This document shows, piece by piece, positions 13,219 to 30,237 of a DNA stretch of 64,000 nucleotides. The stretch is from Azolla caroliniana (Eukaryota > Plantae > Polypodiophyta), in contig JBHGNT010000009.1 in the NCBI GenBank assembly GCA_043228905.1, forward strand, positions 1-64,000. Direction: 5' to 3'. A program made the translations under genes and the position numbers. Below the pieces are notes generated by a model. The model made no database searches, was not told where the DNA came from, and saw nothing but the letters and a program-made list of their open reading frames with translations. Numbering within the stretch: the first letter of the stretch is position 1; each line of letters starts with the position of its first letter.

Positions 13219-16200
13219 AAATTAAATATTGGGTTTTCAAGAAATATATGTCTTTAAGAGTATGGTAACACTAGTGCTTCCGTATGGGTTTAAAGTATGA
13301 GGCGGTAACATCCCTAAGTCTACTAGTACTAGGGAAGAGTTTTAAAACTGAAAAGAACTTTAAGAATTTGAGTTAGACCAATTAGTTTTAAATCCGTGAG
13401 CACAGTGCAAGTAGGAGTACAACAAAAATACAAGCACATGGATAGACTTTGGCTAGACATGCTCAACAAGATGCTCATTGCCCACAAGAAACTAAATCCA
13501 TGCACATGTCGAAATGGACAATATTTACCTTCAATTCTTTTATGGTAAATGGTCACATGTGGGAGAGGTGGTAAAGATTGAAGCAAACACAAAATATCCT
13601 TACCTAACTACTACCAAGAGTGTATCTTAATAAGTTGTGGGCTACTTGACTCTTTGTGCAAACTAAATGGGTACTAGAATATGGCTTGGTTAACATTGAG
13701 AGCGAGTGTAGAAACGTTTATCTTCAAAAGTTGGGTATGATGGAAATGCATTGATTGGTCGACAAGGTCTTGTTGAATTAGTGCCCCCAGCTTCATGTCA
13801 CTTCTCCATGATGTGCAAACCAAGGAAGAAATGAGCATGATCAAGGCAAGAGTTATGTCTCCCATCCCTTCTCTTGAAACCCGCATTTTACTTTCATTTA
13901 GTTTTGGCCTTAACCCTAAGTTAGAAGCTCACCACCCTAAGTTTCTACCATAGGTATTTGAGCTTCAGAACATGCCTATCATACAATAGAATCAAGGATA
14001 GGAATAGAATCTCTTGAGAGAATTTATACATAGGAAGAATAGCACAAAGACGGGAAATCTATTGCTTTTGAGATTGAGAAACTTGATTCTACTAAATGTC
14101 GGTATTCAATTGAAGAAAAAGAACTTTTTGTGGTGACGTTATCTATATGGAAATTGAACTTGTGGTCACAACAAACCGCCAGTCCTTACAATAATTTTAA
14201 AGATAATTGCTCATGAATTGGTTACTAATTTGCTAATGACTTTTTTTTATTTTACACATTACCAATGTATGTGGTTAGTTATAAGATTTTAAGTCTACTA
14301 GCAATTTTTTTGGACTTGGGTCTTTAAAAAGTCAAAAACTACTTTGAATCAAACCATCCTCAATTTGATGGTCAAACCATATGCGCCAATCAAATAATTG
14401 AGGATTATTAGTTGGGCCTATGTGCTAAAGAGGCGTACAAAATGGGGAAAATGTCTCCCCTTATTAGACTGACTTTTGTTTTAATAACTCTGCAACACGC
14501 ATCATGAAACCACGATAAGCTTGAGATCATGTAGTGAGCACACCAATACTAGGTACGACTCGATGCCAAGGCGGTGGTATGGGACACCGATCGAGGCTCG
14601 AGTCTGTCTTGACCCCTTTGCTCGAGGGTGCTCACATTAGGATTAAGCTCTAACAGGTCCCATGATCAAGAGATGCTCTCTTGGAGGAATATAACCCATG
14701 AAGGAACAATAGAGAGAAAAACCCATAAAAGACCCTAGCTCGTCTAGAAAAGTCAATTCATGAACAACTTAAGAATCCAACTCATGATAGGTAACTCAAG
14801 ATCAATGCCCACGTCATGATAGAGTCATCTAAAGCATGATAACTAAAGCATGATAAGAATCCAGGATAGATTATCTCATTATATCCCATCTCATAATAAG
14901 AAACCACAATAGACCATCGTAGAAAGGCAAACTCATGAAGAACTACCCAAGATATGGAGACTATCTCACAATTGATCGTAGGACAATAGAAAGGCCTAGA
15001 AATGCACAACCCATGATAAGACATCCAAAACAATTAAAGGAAATATCTCTAATGATACGAAGATAAATTCATGATAGATCTCTCAAGAGAGGATTCAATT
15101 GAAACCTATGATGGACTAATTTAAATGAAAGGGGTGATTTTACCTTGCGTATGGGTCAAAAGTGGAGGTGATCAAGAATCAATAAGGTTTCTAATCCTAG
15201 GAATGAGATTAATTAACCAATTCAAACAAGCATGTTAGACACCGCAACCCCCAAGTATAGAAGTTCAAAAATGGACCTCTAGAAACTCAAAGTTGTTGTA
15301 CAAGAGATTGAAATATGGAAGCCTCATCTGCCTACAAAATCCGTAAGCATACAACCCATACAACCCTCACTTCCACACATTGGACCAAGTGTTATCGAGA
15401 AAAATGTGCCCACAGGATCAAGGCTCGAGCTATGGGGAATCAGTCATCCTACCAACACGAAGAATCCGAAAGTGATTATGAACGACCAAGGATGTGGTGT
15501 GGAACGTCTAGACCTATAGTGCCTTGACAAGAAGAAGAAGAAGAAGAAGACGATAGGCACAAGTTTGTGAAGGTTTGTACCATGAGGGATGGCCGTATGA
15601 GCCAAGAAGGACCAAATTTATCCAAGCTACCCCACTGTATGAGCCAAGAATGGAGCGGGCTGGGAGATAGCTCACCATCTCGGAGGAAACCTTCAACACA
15701 TTCTCTGCATGACGCAAGGAATGAGTAGAAGGCAAAGAGCTGTTACGACACATGACAAGACGACATGGCCCACCTGCATTGATCAAAGAACAGGCCGCCT
15801 TCTATGGTCCGATGTTCTTCTATGATTTGTGGCTCTTGAGTACTACTGAATCCATAGTTACTTGTGCCCGTTGCTGTGTCCCTTCCCTCTGCAGAGATGA
15901 CTCGTTATTGTTGCCTCTATAAACATGTATACATTGTTTCACTTTGTGCAGAGTTTTGGATTTGTTAATGCCTAATTGGATAGTGACTTAAACAGCTCGA
16001 CTGACAACAATTACTTTCTTATAACCTTCTATAGGAATTTGGAAGGGCGACAAATAAAACATTCTTCAATTAACTTCACTCTATCCCCTTTTCAAGTAAA
16101 TTATTATAGTTTCTTGATTAACATACCATCCAAGATATAAATATCAAGTTTAGAAAACATTTTAACGTTTACAAAAAGAAGGTGAAGCAACTTTCACTAA

Positions 16201-17100
16201 TTCGACTTCTGGTGAAAAAACTCCTCAAAGGCACAAGTAAAGAAATGAAAAATCTACAACAAATCACTCTACGCCTATTGGTACAATAAAATACGAGGGA
16301 CATGGAATAATGGTCACATGTAAGTTCAAGTTTTAATAGGATTTGAGAGGTAATTAACAATAAACCTCCCTATTTGGCCGTGTCAAAAAGTGCAACAAGG
16401 ATCAAACATTACAATTAAGTAGTTTGGAATACTCACAATCTACTGCCAGCACATTCCTCCAAGATGGATTGCAACCAAGGAAGCAGGGAAACCAAACCCG
16501 TGTTGTGGTTTATGTTAAGGTTAATTCTCTATCGATCAAGGTAAATGAAACACTTGCAAGACTAGAAGGACAAAGAAGCATGGCACATTAATTCCATAGG
16601 ATTGCCTTCAGCAACATCTACTTCAGATTCACTTCATGCTCGCTACTGGATTAGGTCATACTAGTTGGACTTGCACAAGTCCTACAATATCTGAGTGAGT
16701 AGGCTATACAATATCACTCTTGACTCTTTCCATTTTCAATATTTCACAACTAACATGTAAAGAATTACTTATAGATAGAAAACCATCATGAAATAAAGAT
16801 AGAATTATTCACAAGGAGATAACAGTAATGTATCACAATGGCTAAAGCAACATTTATTCAGATCTAAACTCGTAACATCAACCGTTTTTCATGTTACCCT
16901 TCATGAATCTCAAGTACATATACTCTTGTGCACTCCTCAACTATTAGCTTTTTACTGGATGACACAAGGATATAATTGAAAGAGAGCTTTAAGACATTTT
17001 AAGGTCTCTTGCTAACCTAGCTCAGTTCCAATAGCCTGTAATAATCAATGAGATGAATCAAAAGTTGTATATATTAATCAAATCTACTGTCCCCAAAAAT

Positions 17101-21969
<4,869 letters not shown>

Positions 21970-22942
21970 ATTTCTCTCTGTCAGTATCTCTTTTTTAGCA
22001 AAGAAGACGAACTACTTCATACCCTCCTTGAGAGAGGGAAAGAGAGACAAAAAAAGGATAAGGTCAACCAAATCCAAATATTTGCGAGCTCTCAAAACTT
22101 CTAAGAAGAGTACAAGTCCACAAAATCTGAAACTAGAGGGTTCTCAAAAGGCTCGTTATCCACTGAATCTGAAGTCAAAAGGCTCTTTCCGAGCTCTCAG
22201 ACTGAAAACAATCCACCAGATCTGCTAATGAGCTATAGAAAGCTAAGAAAACGCAAAAAATCGCTTGTCACAAAGCTATGCACTGAATCTGAAGCAAACA
22301 GAGGAGAAATTACTCTCAAAATGCAAAACCCTATTGATCTAAATATAAAAAACTCTCGACTTCTCCTGTCAACACTTTGACCGTATACATTCTCAATCCA
22401 GTTTTTTTGAAAGGAAAGAAGTAAAGAGTCCTCTATGGAAACAGGAAACGTTTCGCTTTGTGCAAGATTCAAACGACGTGGAAGGGGGGAGAGATGACAA
22501 AAAACGATTAAATGAGGAAATAAATAAGATGCAAAAGGGAAAGAAAAGATCGATGACTGCAGACAGATCGAAACTCTTTTTTATTAAGAAAATAAAAATA
22601 AAAACAATGACAGTGAAGATAAATAAACACTGCTATTTTTTAGTACAAGATCTGCGGACATGGACATCATAGGAGAGCGTTAAAAGACTAGCGTGAAGAA
22701 AGAGAGCACCATGAAAAATAGCAGAAAGATAGATCAAAGACATGTTGGTGCTAGCAAGTAATGCATTAAGCAGAGAACAAATAGATCAAAAGAGAAATGA
22801 AAACGCAATAGCAGAGAAAGGAATCAAAAGAAAGAGGGAAAGAGAAGGAGAAAGATGAGCTTGGCAACTGTGTCATTCATTCAAGAGAAACCAAAGCAAA
22901 GGGAGAGGGAGACAGAAACAGAAAGAGAGGAGGTTGGGGTAC

Positions 22943-23070
22943 CTGGCTTATTCGTTCATTCGATCGTCCGTCTGTTTATTCGGTCGCAGGCTCGCGAGAG
23001 AGAGAAAGAGCGATTAGGGTTAGGGTTAGGGAGTTTACACAGAGTGGCTGTTAAATATATATATATACAT
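22943..23070 (-). promoter_or_regulatory. Putative ECA core promoter and non-coding first exon
   Basis: On the minus strand: TA-rich TATA-like tract (~23053-23068), (CCCTAA)3 telo-box-like motif (23014-23031), CT-rich leader, candidate donor CAG|GTACCC at 22943/22942 and candidate acceptor TGCAG at 22561-22557. Confidence 0.35.
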
Positions 23071-23144
23071 ATATGTATGGCAAAAGCGATGCCCTAAATT
23101 TAGCGGCGATTCCTCTCTTTTCTATCAAACACGCGCGCTCTCAG

Positions 23145-23531
23145 GATGTACATATACATATGTATGTATGTATGTATGTATGTATGCGTCTGTCTGTCTG
23201 TCTCTCTCCAGTCCAGTTCCACACACACACAAATATACATATGTATGTATACATACATACATACATACATATATATCCCAATTTACACACATACACACGA
23301 ACACAAAATAACCGTCCATTTATTTAGTTCATTCTCTATTATTGTGCTTTCTGGTTTCTTTTTTATCTCTCCCGCTACATTTGGCGGCTCTCTGTTTACT
23401 TTATTTTTATTTTTGCTTTCGGGGAGGGGATGTCCTGCCAATTCTTTGTCTTTTGCAAGTAGAACCTTCCACGACCCTTCCTTCCTTCAGAAAGTCTCTC
23501 TCTCTCTCTCTTCTTTCTTTCTTTCTTTCTT

Positions 23532-23590
<59 letters not shown>
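23145..23590. repeat. Cluster of (TATG)n, (TACA)n and (TC)n microsatellites
   Basis: Directly visible. Confidence 0.9.
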
Positions 23591-23591
<1 letters not shown>

Positions 23592-24396
23592 GTAGCTCCC
23601 CCAACCCCATGCGTTTCAACATTACATTCATATGTGCTTCTAGTTGTATGTGCACAAGAAACACACTCATGTATGTTTGTGTGTGTGTCTATGTGTGTGT
23701 GTCGCCACCTCGTGCTTTCAGAACATCTGATTTACGGCCACTTTGGAAATGGAGGCCTTATTTCATGCTTATGCACGTCTCCCCTTCATCATCCCAGCAC
23801 GCACATCCTCCTCGCCTCCTGGGTCATTACGGCCTCCCTCCGAATCCACCCACAACCGTCACTTCCAATCCATCTCAAGCTTCATTCCGCTATCTAAACT
23901 TTTTCGTTATTCTCTTAATGAGATGCCTTGCTTCACTCCATTGGACACCCATGACTTAAATCTTGTGTCACCTAATGAGCTCTCTTAGTTACGTGCTTAA
24001 CAATTCTCATGCGCTTTAGAGCCTATACTTTCGACCAAGCATTTAGAACGTAGGAGCCTATGTCTATAGATTTGAAAACAAGCTAACCAAACTTTTTGAT
24101 ATTCTAATATGTGCATGCATAGGTTACCGATTTCCCTTTGTAGTACTATATTTCTATAATACTAAGGAAAGGTTCATTGCAATGTGGAAGAAGACCCAAG
24201 AAAAGTTAACGTGGAATTCTATGGGAATTTCTTTTTTTCTTTTCATCTTTGAATGCCCCTTTCAAAGCTCTTTATTCAAACATGAGGTGACCTCAATAAA
24301 AATGCATGAACTATGCGGTTATACATTCTCCAATAGCAAAGACTTTCTCTAATATTGCTTCTTTATGGGTCCCATACTACAACAACATCGTCACCG

Positions 24397-24464
<68 letters not shown>
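24397..24464. repeat. (TC)n microsatellite
   Basis: Directly visible. Confidence 0.95.
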
Positions 24465-24467
<3 letters not shown>

Positions 24468-25477
24468 GGCATCCCCAATAAATATATTTACACTCTTGCA
24501 ATTTCTCAATTTTACGAGATTGTTATGTGTCATTGTTGGTGTTAAGCAAGGACGCCCTTCCTCACTAGCTCTCTTTGGGTTGAAGTAGACATGACTTGGA
24601 CACAATGTTTATCGACTTGTAATAAAAAAAGGCATTGCGAAAAAGCTATGATGAGGAATACAATTACTATGCTTTGGTCATATAAATATACCCTAATACG
24701 AAAGAAGATCCCCCGAGGCTTTTGAGTGACTTGGAAAACTTCTGCATATGTAACGAAGGAGCAATCAAATCTTGAACTCTCAACAAATACATATACATAT
24801 TGACACTTTTGGTGACAAAAATGCTTCTCTATAGGGTTGAAGTATGGGTATCATATGGTAGCATCCATAAGTCCAATTAGAAAGAGTTTGAAAATGTCCA
24901 AGAGCATTTCCCTATGAAGATTCTACTCCACAAGATACAAGCATCATACATGCTCCTACTTCCTTTAGAGAAGATCGCTTCCCGTGGAAATCATGGGCAT
25001 AGAAAGATTGTTAAGTACATGCTTAAGGTTTCAAAACAACCTTATGTCAACTACAATTGTTAAGGAAACAAGTAAACAATTTCAAAGGACATCCAAAAGC
25101 TAAATTCGAGTTTATAGATTTAGCATGGATACAATTTGAGAAGATACATGGATTTGCTTTGGAGAATGTAGAGTTTCTCTCTGATGCAATACTACATTCC
25201 TCTCCCTTTTGAATGATTTTTCTTAAAATGAAAATGTATATATTGGAAATATGTTGCATCAAGTTGCAAATATATGTTATTTTCAAAATGAGATAACCTC
25301 AATCAAAGATACATAGAGAGCCATCCCTTTGTCTATCATTTGCACCAGTGTTTCTATACAACTTAATTCATGTGCATTCCAATGTGAGACAATACATTTG
25401 GGTGTGGGTGAGGAGACAAGTCCTCATACATTCTTCCGCACATATCTTCCATCAACAATAGCCTTGACAATTAGCAC

Positions 25478-25845
25478 CGGTCGGGCCGTAGTAGTGACAA
25501 GCGCCAATGACAATTCCATGTATCACCATGCAAAGCTCAACGGGATGAGGATAGTGGTACCGGTTGCGTGGAAGCAGATCAAGGCCTTCAAAAAGCGACA
25601 GGAGGTGGAACCTGATCCAGATGGAGAAGACGAGGACACCGACACGGACAAGGAGCCAGATGAGGATCGAAACAACGACAGATCAGAGGAGGACTATTGA
25701 GGCTTGAACCGGAATCTCCACCACTTCACTAATTGGCACCTACCCAAGGATGTGCGGTTTGGTGGGGGTGGATGTCTTGGAGGATTCCAACCACTAGGAG
25801 AAAATCTTTGCCGAATGTATGTGAACGGTGGGCAGTATGTATGTG
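25478..25845 (+). mobile_element. 3' fragment of Phygy/Ylt1-like gypsy (integrase C-terminus, PPT, start of 3' LTR)
   Basis: VVTSANDN...KQIKAFKKR plus an acidic tail, homologous to 28309-28500(-) and ~54300-54480(-). PPT ggtttggtgggggtgga, then LTR start TGTCTTGG at 25773. Confidence 0.75.
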
Positions 25846-27125
25846 CGTTGCGAAAATCCGCGAGTATGTGTTGGAATGGGGCGGGAGAGATGGATGGCGG
25901 GAGACCGAGCTTCGCCGGTACCGATTGCACCGGTTATGGCACCAACCAATGTGTTTCCGGATATGTACTAGAAACAACCGAATGAGAAGAGAGAGATGCG
26001 TGTGCACACGCACACACACAGTATACAGAAAACTGGAAAAGAAAGGAACGCACCGGACACTGACAGAGACACAACTATGCACAACTAAGAGATATATATA
26101 TATATACATACACATGATCAGCCGATTAGATTACATCTCCGGCTCTGAGCTGGACTGACGGACCAGATACAACGAATGTCTATAGGTAAGCCTCCAGTCG
26201 GGGAGCACTTAGACTCGCGGTTACGTGTGGAGGCCTTGCGCAAAAGACACTGCAAAAAACCGGAAATTCCTCAGAGCATACGAGCTCGAACGGAACTAAA
26301 ACCCTAAACCTGAAATGAAACCCCCAAACCCTAATAGATAAATGGCAAGCTAAAACAAATCGGGACAAAAAAAAACGGGGAACCCAAACAAAACGGGGGG
26401 GAAAACTAAAAAATGGGAACCCCTTTACGAGAGACTCTCCCCCCCCTGTATAACCCAAGGGAAGGTACGTTACAAAATCGGTCCAATATTCCTCTCCTAT
26501 GTCACACCCCCACTACGTATGCAAGTGCACTAATGTACACATGACACTTATCCTTCACTAACTCCCGTGCACTTTAGCACCCTTATGTACACCTGACACT
26601 TATTCTTCACTAACTCCTGTGCACTTTAGCACCCTTACATTTTCCCTTTATTTCTATTTACATTTTCTCTATGTACATGTGCAATTGTTGCATATCGCCG
26701 ACCTTGCTTGTGTCATGAATACATAAACATCATGGTTTCACTTGGGCTTCAACCCAAGACTTTGTAATACATAATCAAGAACCTAACCATTAGGAAAGCC
26801 TATGATCATATGAGATGATAAAAGATACTTCTTGTAATACACGGATTATTGTAAATACTCTAGAACATTCTAGAACATTAGAGAAATCTCTAGGCTATTC
26901 TATAGGAACCTATAAATATAGACATACAATTCTTCTCAAACCAATTCGAATAAACAACAGTCTTAAGCTCTCATCGCCTATCTTGTATCAATTCTCATTC
27001 TATCTTGATGCATTCATTCTTCTCTTATCACTTCATTCCTCTCTTCTTGTGATCTCTTTACATCTTTCTTCCGCCACTCTATCTTTTCTCTTGGTTCTGA
27101 CAGCTCGTTCCACCCATTTTTCTCA
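25845..27125 (-). mobile_element. Probable degenerate LTR of the same gypsy group, interrupted by solo LTR 26711-27102
   Basis: Left end (gttgcgaaaatccg) resembles the terminus at 53171. Minus-strand TATA-like motif followed by a G-run at ~26440-26452. 52-bp tandem duplication at ~26534-26637. Termini are not crisp. Confidence 0.4.
26711..27102 (+). mobile_element. Solo LTR (392 bp) related to the chromovirus LTR at 39140
   Basis: TGTCATG...CTGACA termini, TSD GCTTG/GCTCG. Shares the antisense tRNA-like head, the GAAcaTTCtaGAA HSE, the TATA box and the aacca..att....aac..cagtcttaagc block with 39140-39584. Confidence 0.8.
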
Positions 27126-27127
27126 TT

Positions 27128-27850
27128 GTTGCCGGAAATCCTCACAATAGCGTGAACTCGGCCTAATGTACAAAAGAATGTAAATATTAAAGTATTAACG
27201 AGTATAAGACAGAGTAGTTAATGTGTACTTTTATGATCTCACGAACGGAGGGAATAAAAGTGAGTGATGGGAGAAAATCGTGGGAGAGGATATCTGACAG
27301 AAAACGGTTGTCGTAACTGCTGATGTGATCGACCCTCCTTGAGCTATAAAATGAGGGGAGGAAGACTATTTTAGGAATCCATTGTTTTTGAGGGGTAGGT
27401 GTTGTCGGTTTGAATTGCGAAGCGCCAAAGTTATGTTCAAATGGATTGGTGGTGGTGAGGCCTCTGCTCGTGTAGGAAGCCCGTGTGCTCCGGACTATAT
27501 GCTCATTTGTGTGTGTGTGTATGTGCGGTGAGCTTGAAGCTCTGTTATCCGGCTAACGGCCATACTTGTATTCCTTTTCCGTCTTAATTCATTATCAATA
27601 TTGTTGTACTCGGTCTCTCTCTCTCTCTCTCTCCATTGTTTCATTCTCTCTGTGATTGCGTCGATATTTGTATCTTCTCCGTGGTGTCCGGGGGTGTCGC
27701 TCTTTCCTCCCTTGTTCTACATTTACCCATTGTGCAGGAGAGTCGTGTGCTCATTTTCCCGGAATCTGATGTCGCGGCTACCAGTGCAAAACAAAGGCCT
27801 CGATGCATAGCCACAGAAAAACCGGAAATAGAGAGTAGGAATGCAAAGTT
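27128..27850 (+). mobile_element. Degenerate gypsy LTR (Phygy-like group), opposite in orientation to the LTR at 27850-28206
   Basis: ccctccttgagctataaaatgagggg (~27333-27358) is the reverse complement of ccctcatttatagctcaaggagggg (~27914-27938). Right boundary uncertain. Confidence 0.55.
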
Positions 27851-28501
27851 TGCAAAGCTCGGTTTGGTAGCACTTCCTCGTCCAAATCGTGGATCCCCCT
27901 TTCAGTCTTCTCTCCCTCATTTATAGCTCAAGGAGGGGGAGACTGTTACATCAGGCTATTAAGACAATCACTTTCAATCCCCGATTCTCTCCTCGATCGC
28001 CTCCAGTTAATCACCTTAATTCCTCTATTTGTGTGACCATAAAGTACCTATCAAACCCCTTCTACCTAGTATGCATCAACACTCAACTAATACTATGTTA
28101 TTTACACATGTTTGTACATAAAGACAACTTTGTGTGCATCCATGCACACCCCCGTTCCCGCGCTCTCCGACTCCTTTACTCCTAGTAGTTGGAATTCCCA
28201 AAGACATCCAGCCCCACCAAACCTCACATCCTTCGGCATGTGCTGAGTAGTGAAGCGGCAGGGATTCTAGCTCGATCTCTACTCATCGTCCCCTGATCTG
28301 TCGTCGATCTAGTCTTCATCCAACTCCTCATTCTTGTCGTCCCATTTCTCTTCATCAGACCCTGGAGCCGATTCCGCTTCATGTCGTTTCTTGAATGCCT
28401 TTATCTGTTTTCCTGCATCCGGTATTGCAATTTTCGTCTCGTCGAGCTTGGCTAGACGGTATGTCGCGTTGTCGTTGGCGCTTGTCACCACGTATGTCTT
28501 G

Positions 28502-28772
28502 TGTCGAGAACTACACGTCCCCTTATGCGCAACGCTCGGCCACAACCGAGCTTAGAATCATACACAAAAAACAGGAATGAATGTATGACACAGTGAATAG
28601 AAGAGTACACAGGATGTTTACGTGGAAAACCCAAACTAGGGAAAAAACCACGGCAGCCCACATGCTGCAAACTATCACTATGTTATAGTGTACAACAGTA
28701 AAGCACCGAGGCAACAACCTCGAGCTTTCTATCTTCACCACAGGCGGCGGTTACAATAGAGGCAACGACCTC

Positions 28773-28809
<37 letters not shown>

Positions 28810-29398
28810 ACAGTTACGCGCTCTGATCTCTTGCGCCAACAAGAATGACAACAACACTCTACGTCACACAATAAGTTTGCCCTAAGTCATATTTATACTA
28901 ATATGACTTTTCGGCTATTTACAAATATAGCCTCGATGGACTCTCAGAAACATATTTACGAATATGTCTCTTCATCCGGTGAGCACTCCTCACCGGGTCT
29001 GCACCATGTGGCTCTCCGTAGCCAGGTACTCCTCATCCGGTTCTCACCGGGTCTACACCATCCGGCTCTCCGTAGCCGGGTACTCCTCATCCGGTTCTCA
29101 CCGGGTCTGCACCATCCGACTCTCCGAAGCCGGATACTCCTCATCCGGTTCTCACCGGGTCTGCACCATCCGGCTCTCCAAAGCCGGGTACTCCTCATCC
29201 GGTTCTCAACGGGTCTACACCATCCGGCTCTCCGAAGCCGGGTACTCCTCATCCGGTTCTCACCGGGTCTGCACCATCCGGCTCTCCGAAGCCGGGTACT
29301 CCTCATCTGGTTTTGGCCTCGGCCTATCGGCCTCAGCTGAGTTTGCTCATCAACACTGTTCTTCTCCCTTCCCATCCGGAGGGACCTGTCTCCCAACA
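28502..29398 (-). mobile_element. Solo LTR (897 bp) of a Copia family with a 54-bp tandem array
   Basis: Minus strand starts TGTTGGGAGACAGGTCCCTCCGG and ends ...CTCGACA. TSD TCTTG/TCTCG. Same family as LTRs at 56417, 57480 and 58266. Confidence 0.88.
28992..29308. repeat. 54-bp tandem array (~6 units) in LTR U3
   Basis: Unit ccgggtctgcaccatccggctctccgtagccgggtactcctcatccggttctca. Confidence 0.92.
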
Positions 29399-29689
29399 TC
29401 TCGAACCATCACCGTGTGAACGTACGGGTCAGCCGACGCTAATTGTTGAGGCTGCTTTTGTAGACCACCTAGTCGCCTTCCTCGATCTTCCACGACCGGA
29501 GTTAGTGCGTCCAGTCAAAACCTCCCTTGCTCTTCTTCCTTGCCTCTTCCACCCTAGCCGTTGCTCATTCCATATCAGCCGGCCTTTGCTCTAGATGTCG
29601 AATCCTCGCCGCTAGTAGTTCCTCCTGGTTCATCTCACCTGTCCAATCGATTGTCGTCCACGATCTATCATTTTCTCCACCAGCATAAT

Positions 29690-30237
29690 CGGCTCCCCAA
29701 ACTCTCATTCTTCGATCATCAATTCTACGAGCATTGCTAGTATGGCAAACAAATAGCCACATCACACCCAACAACAACATTGAGAGAATCGAGTCCACTC
29801 GATTTGGTCCACTTGGATGTTTATGGCCCAATGTCATATCATTCTCTCGACGGTGCCTTGTACTTCGTCAGTTTTATCGACGATTTGACTCAGAAGGCGT
29901 GGGCTTATCCGATCAGAACGAAAGATCAGGTGTTCTCAATCCTTTCTGAATGTCTCGCAATGGTAGAGAATCAGTCCAGTCGAAAGCTCAAATGCCTTTA
30001 AACCAAAAAGAGAGGAGAGTTCAAGTCTGAAGAATTTGTCACATTTTGCCAATAGCGCGACATCATATGTGAATATACGACACCACACAGTTTGGAGCAG
30101 AACGGAATTGTCGAGCGAATGAATCAGACAATTCAAGAATGGATATTATCCATGCTCCAACACTCTGGACTGTCGGATGGCTTCTAGGCAGAGGCCTTAC
30201 TTACGACAATACACATAATTAACATGTCTCTAAGTAG
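29690..30237 (+). mobile_element. Degenerate Copia integrase fragment
   Basis: PLDLVHLDVYGPM...YFVSFIDD...VENQSSRKLKCL...EQNGIVERMNQTIQE, with stops. Confidence 0.85.

Larger units (their letters stand above)
27850..29670 (-). mobile_element. 3' part of Phygy/Ylt1-like gypsy (integrase C-terminus, PPT, partial 3' LTR from 28206)
   Basis: Minus-strand EMNQEELLAARIRHLEQRP...TYVVTSANDNATYRL...KQIKAFKKR. PPT tccagccccaccaaacc on the plus strand at 28207-28223. Homologous to 53097-54730. Confidence 0.75.

Noticed and set aside
14500-15900. Possible decayed retroelement leader/gag region
   Set aside because: Composition is suggestive, but I could not identify a motif, terminus or TSD without a search.
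22855-24605. Multiple 60-200 aa ORFs upstream of ECA
   Set aside because: Translations of microsatellites (LSLS, ERER, YVCM).
28992-29308. CRISPR-like appearance of the regular repeats
   Set aside because: No unique spacers and no cas genes; eukaryotic LTR context.
28903-29419. Repetitive ORFs (SPGLHHPALRSRVLLIRF)n in several frames, also at 56247-58644
   Set aside because: By-products of a 54-bp (multiple of 3) GC-rich array inside LTRs; open on both strands with no coding signature.
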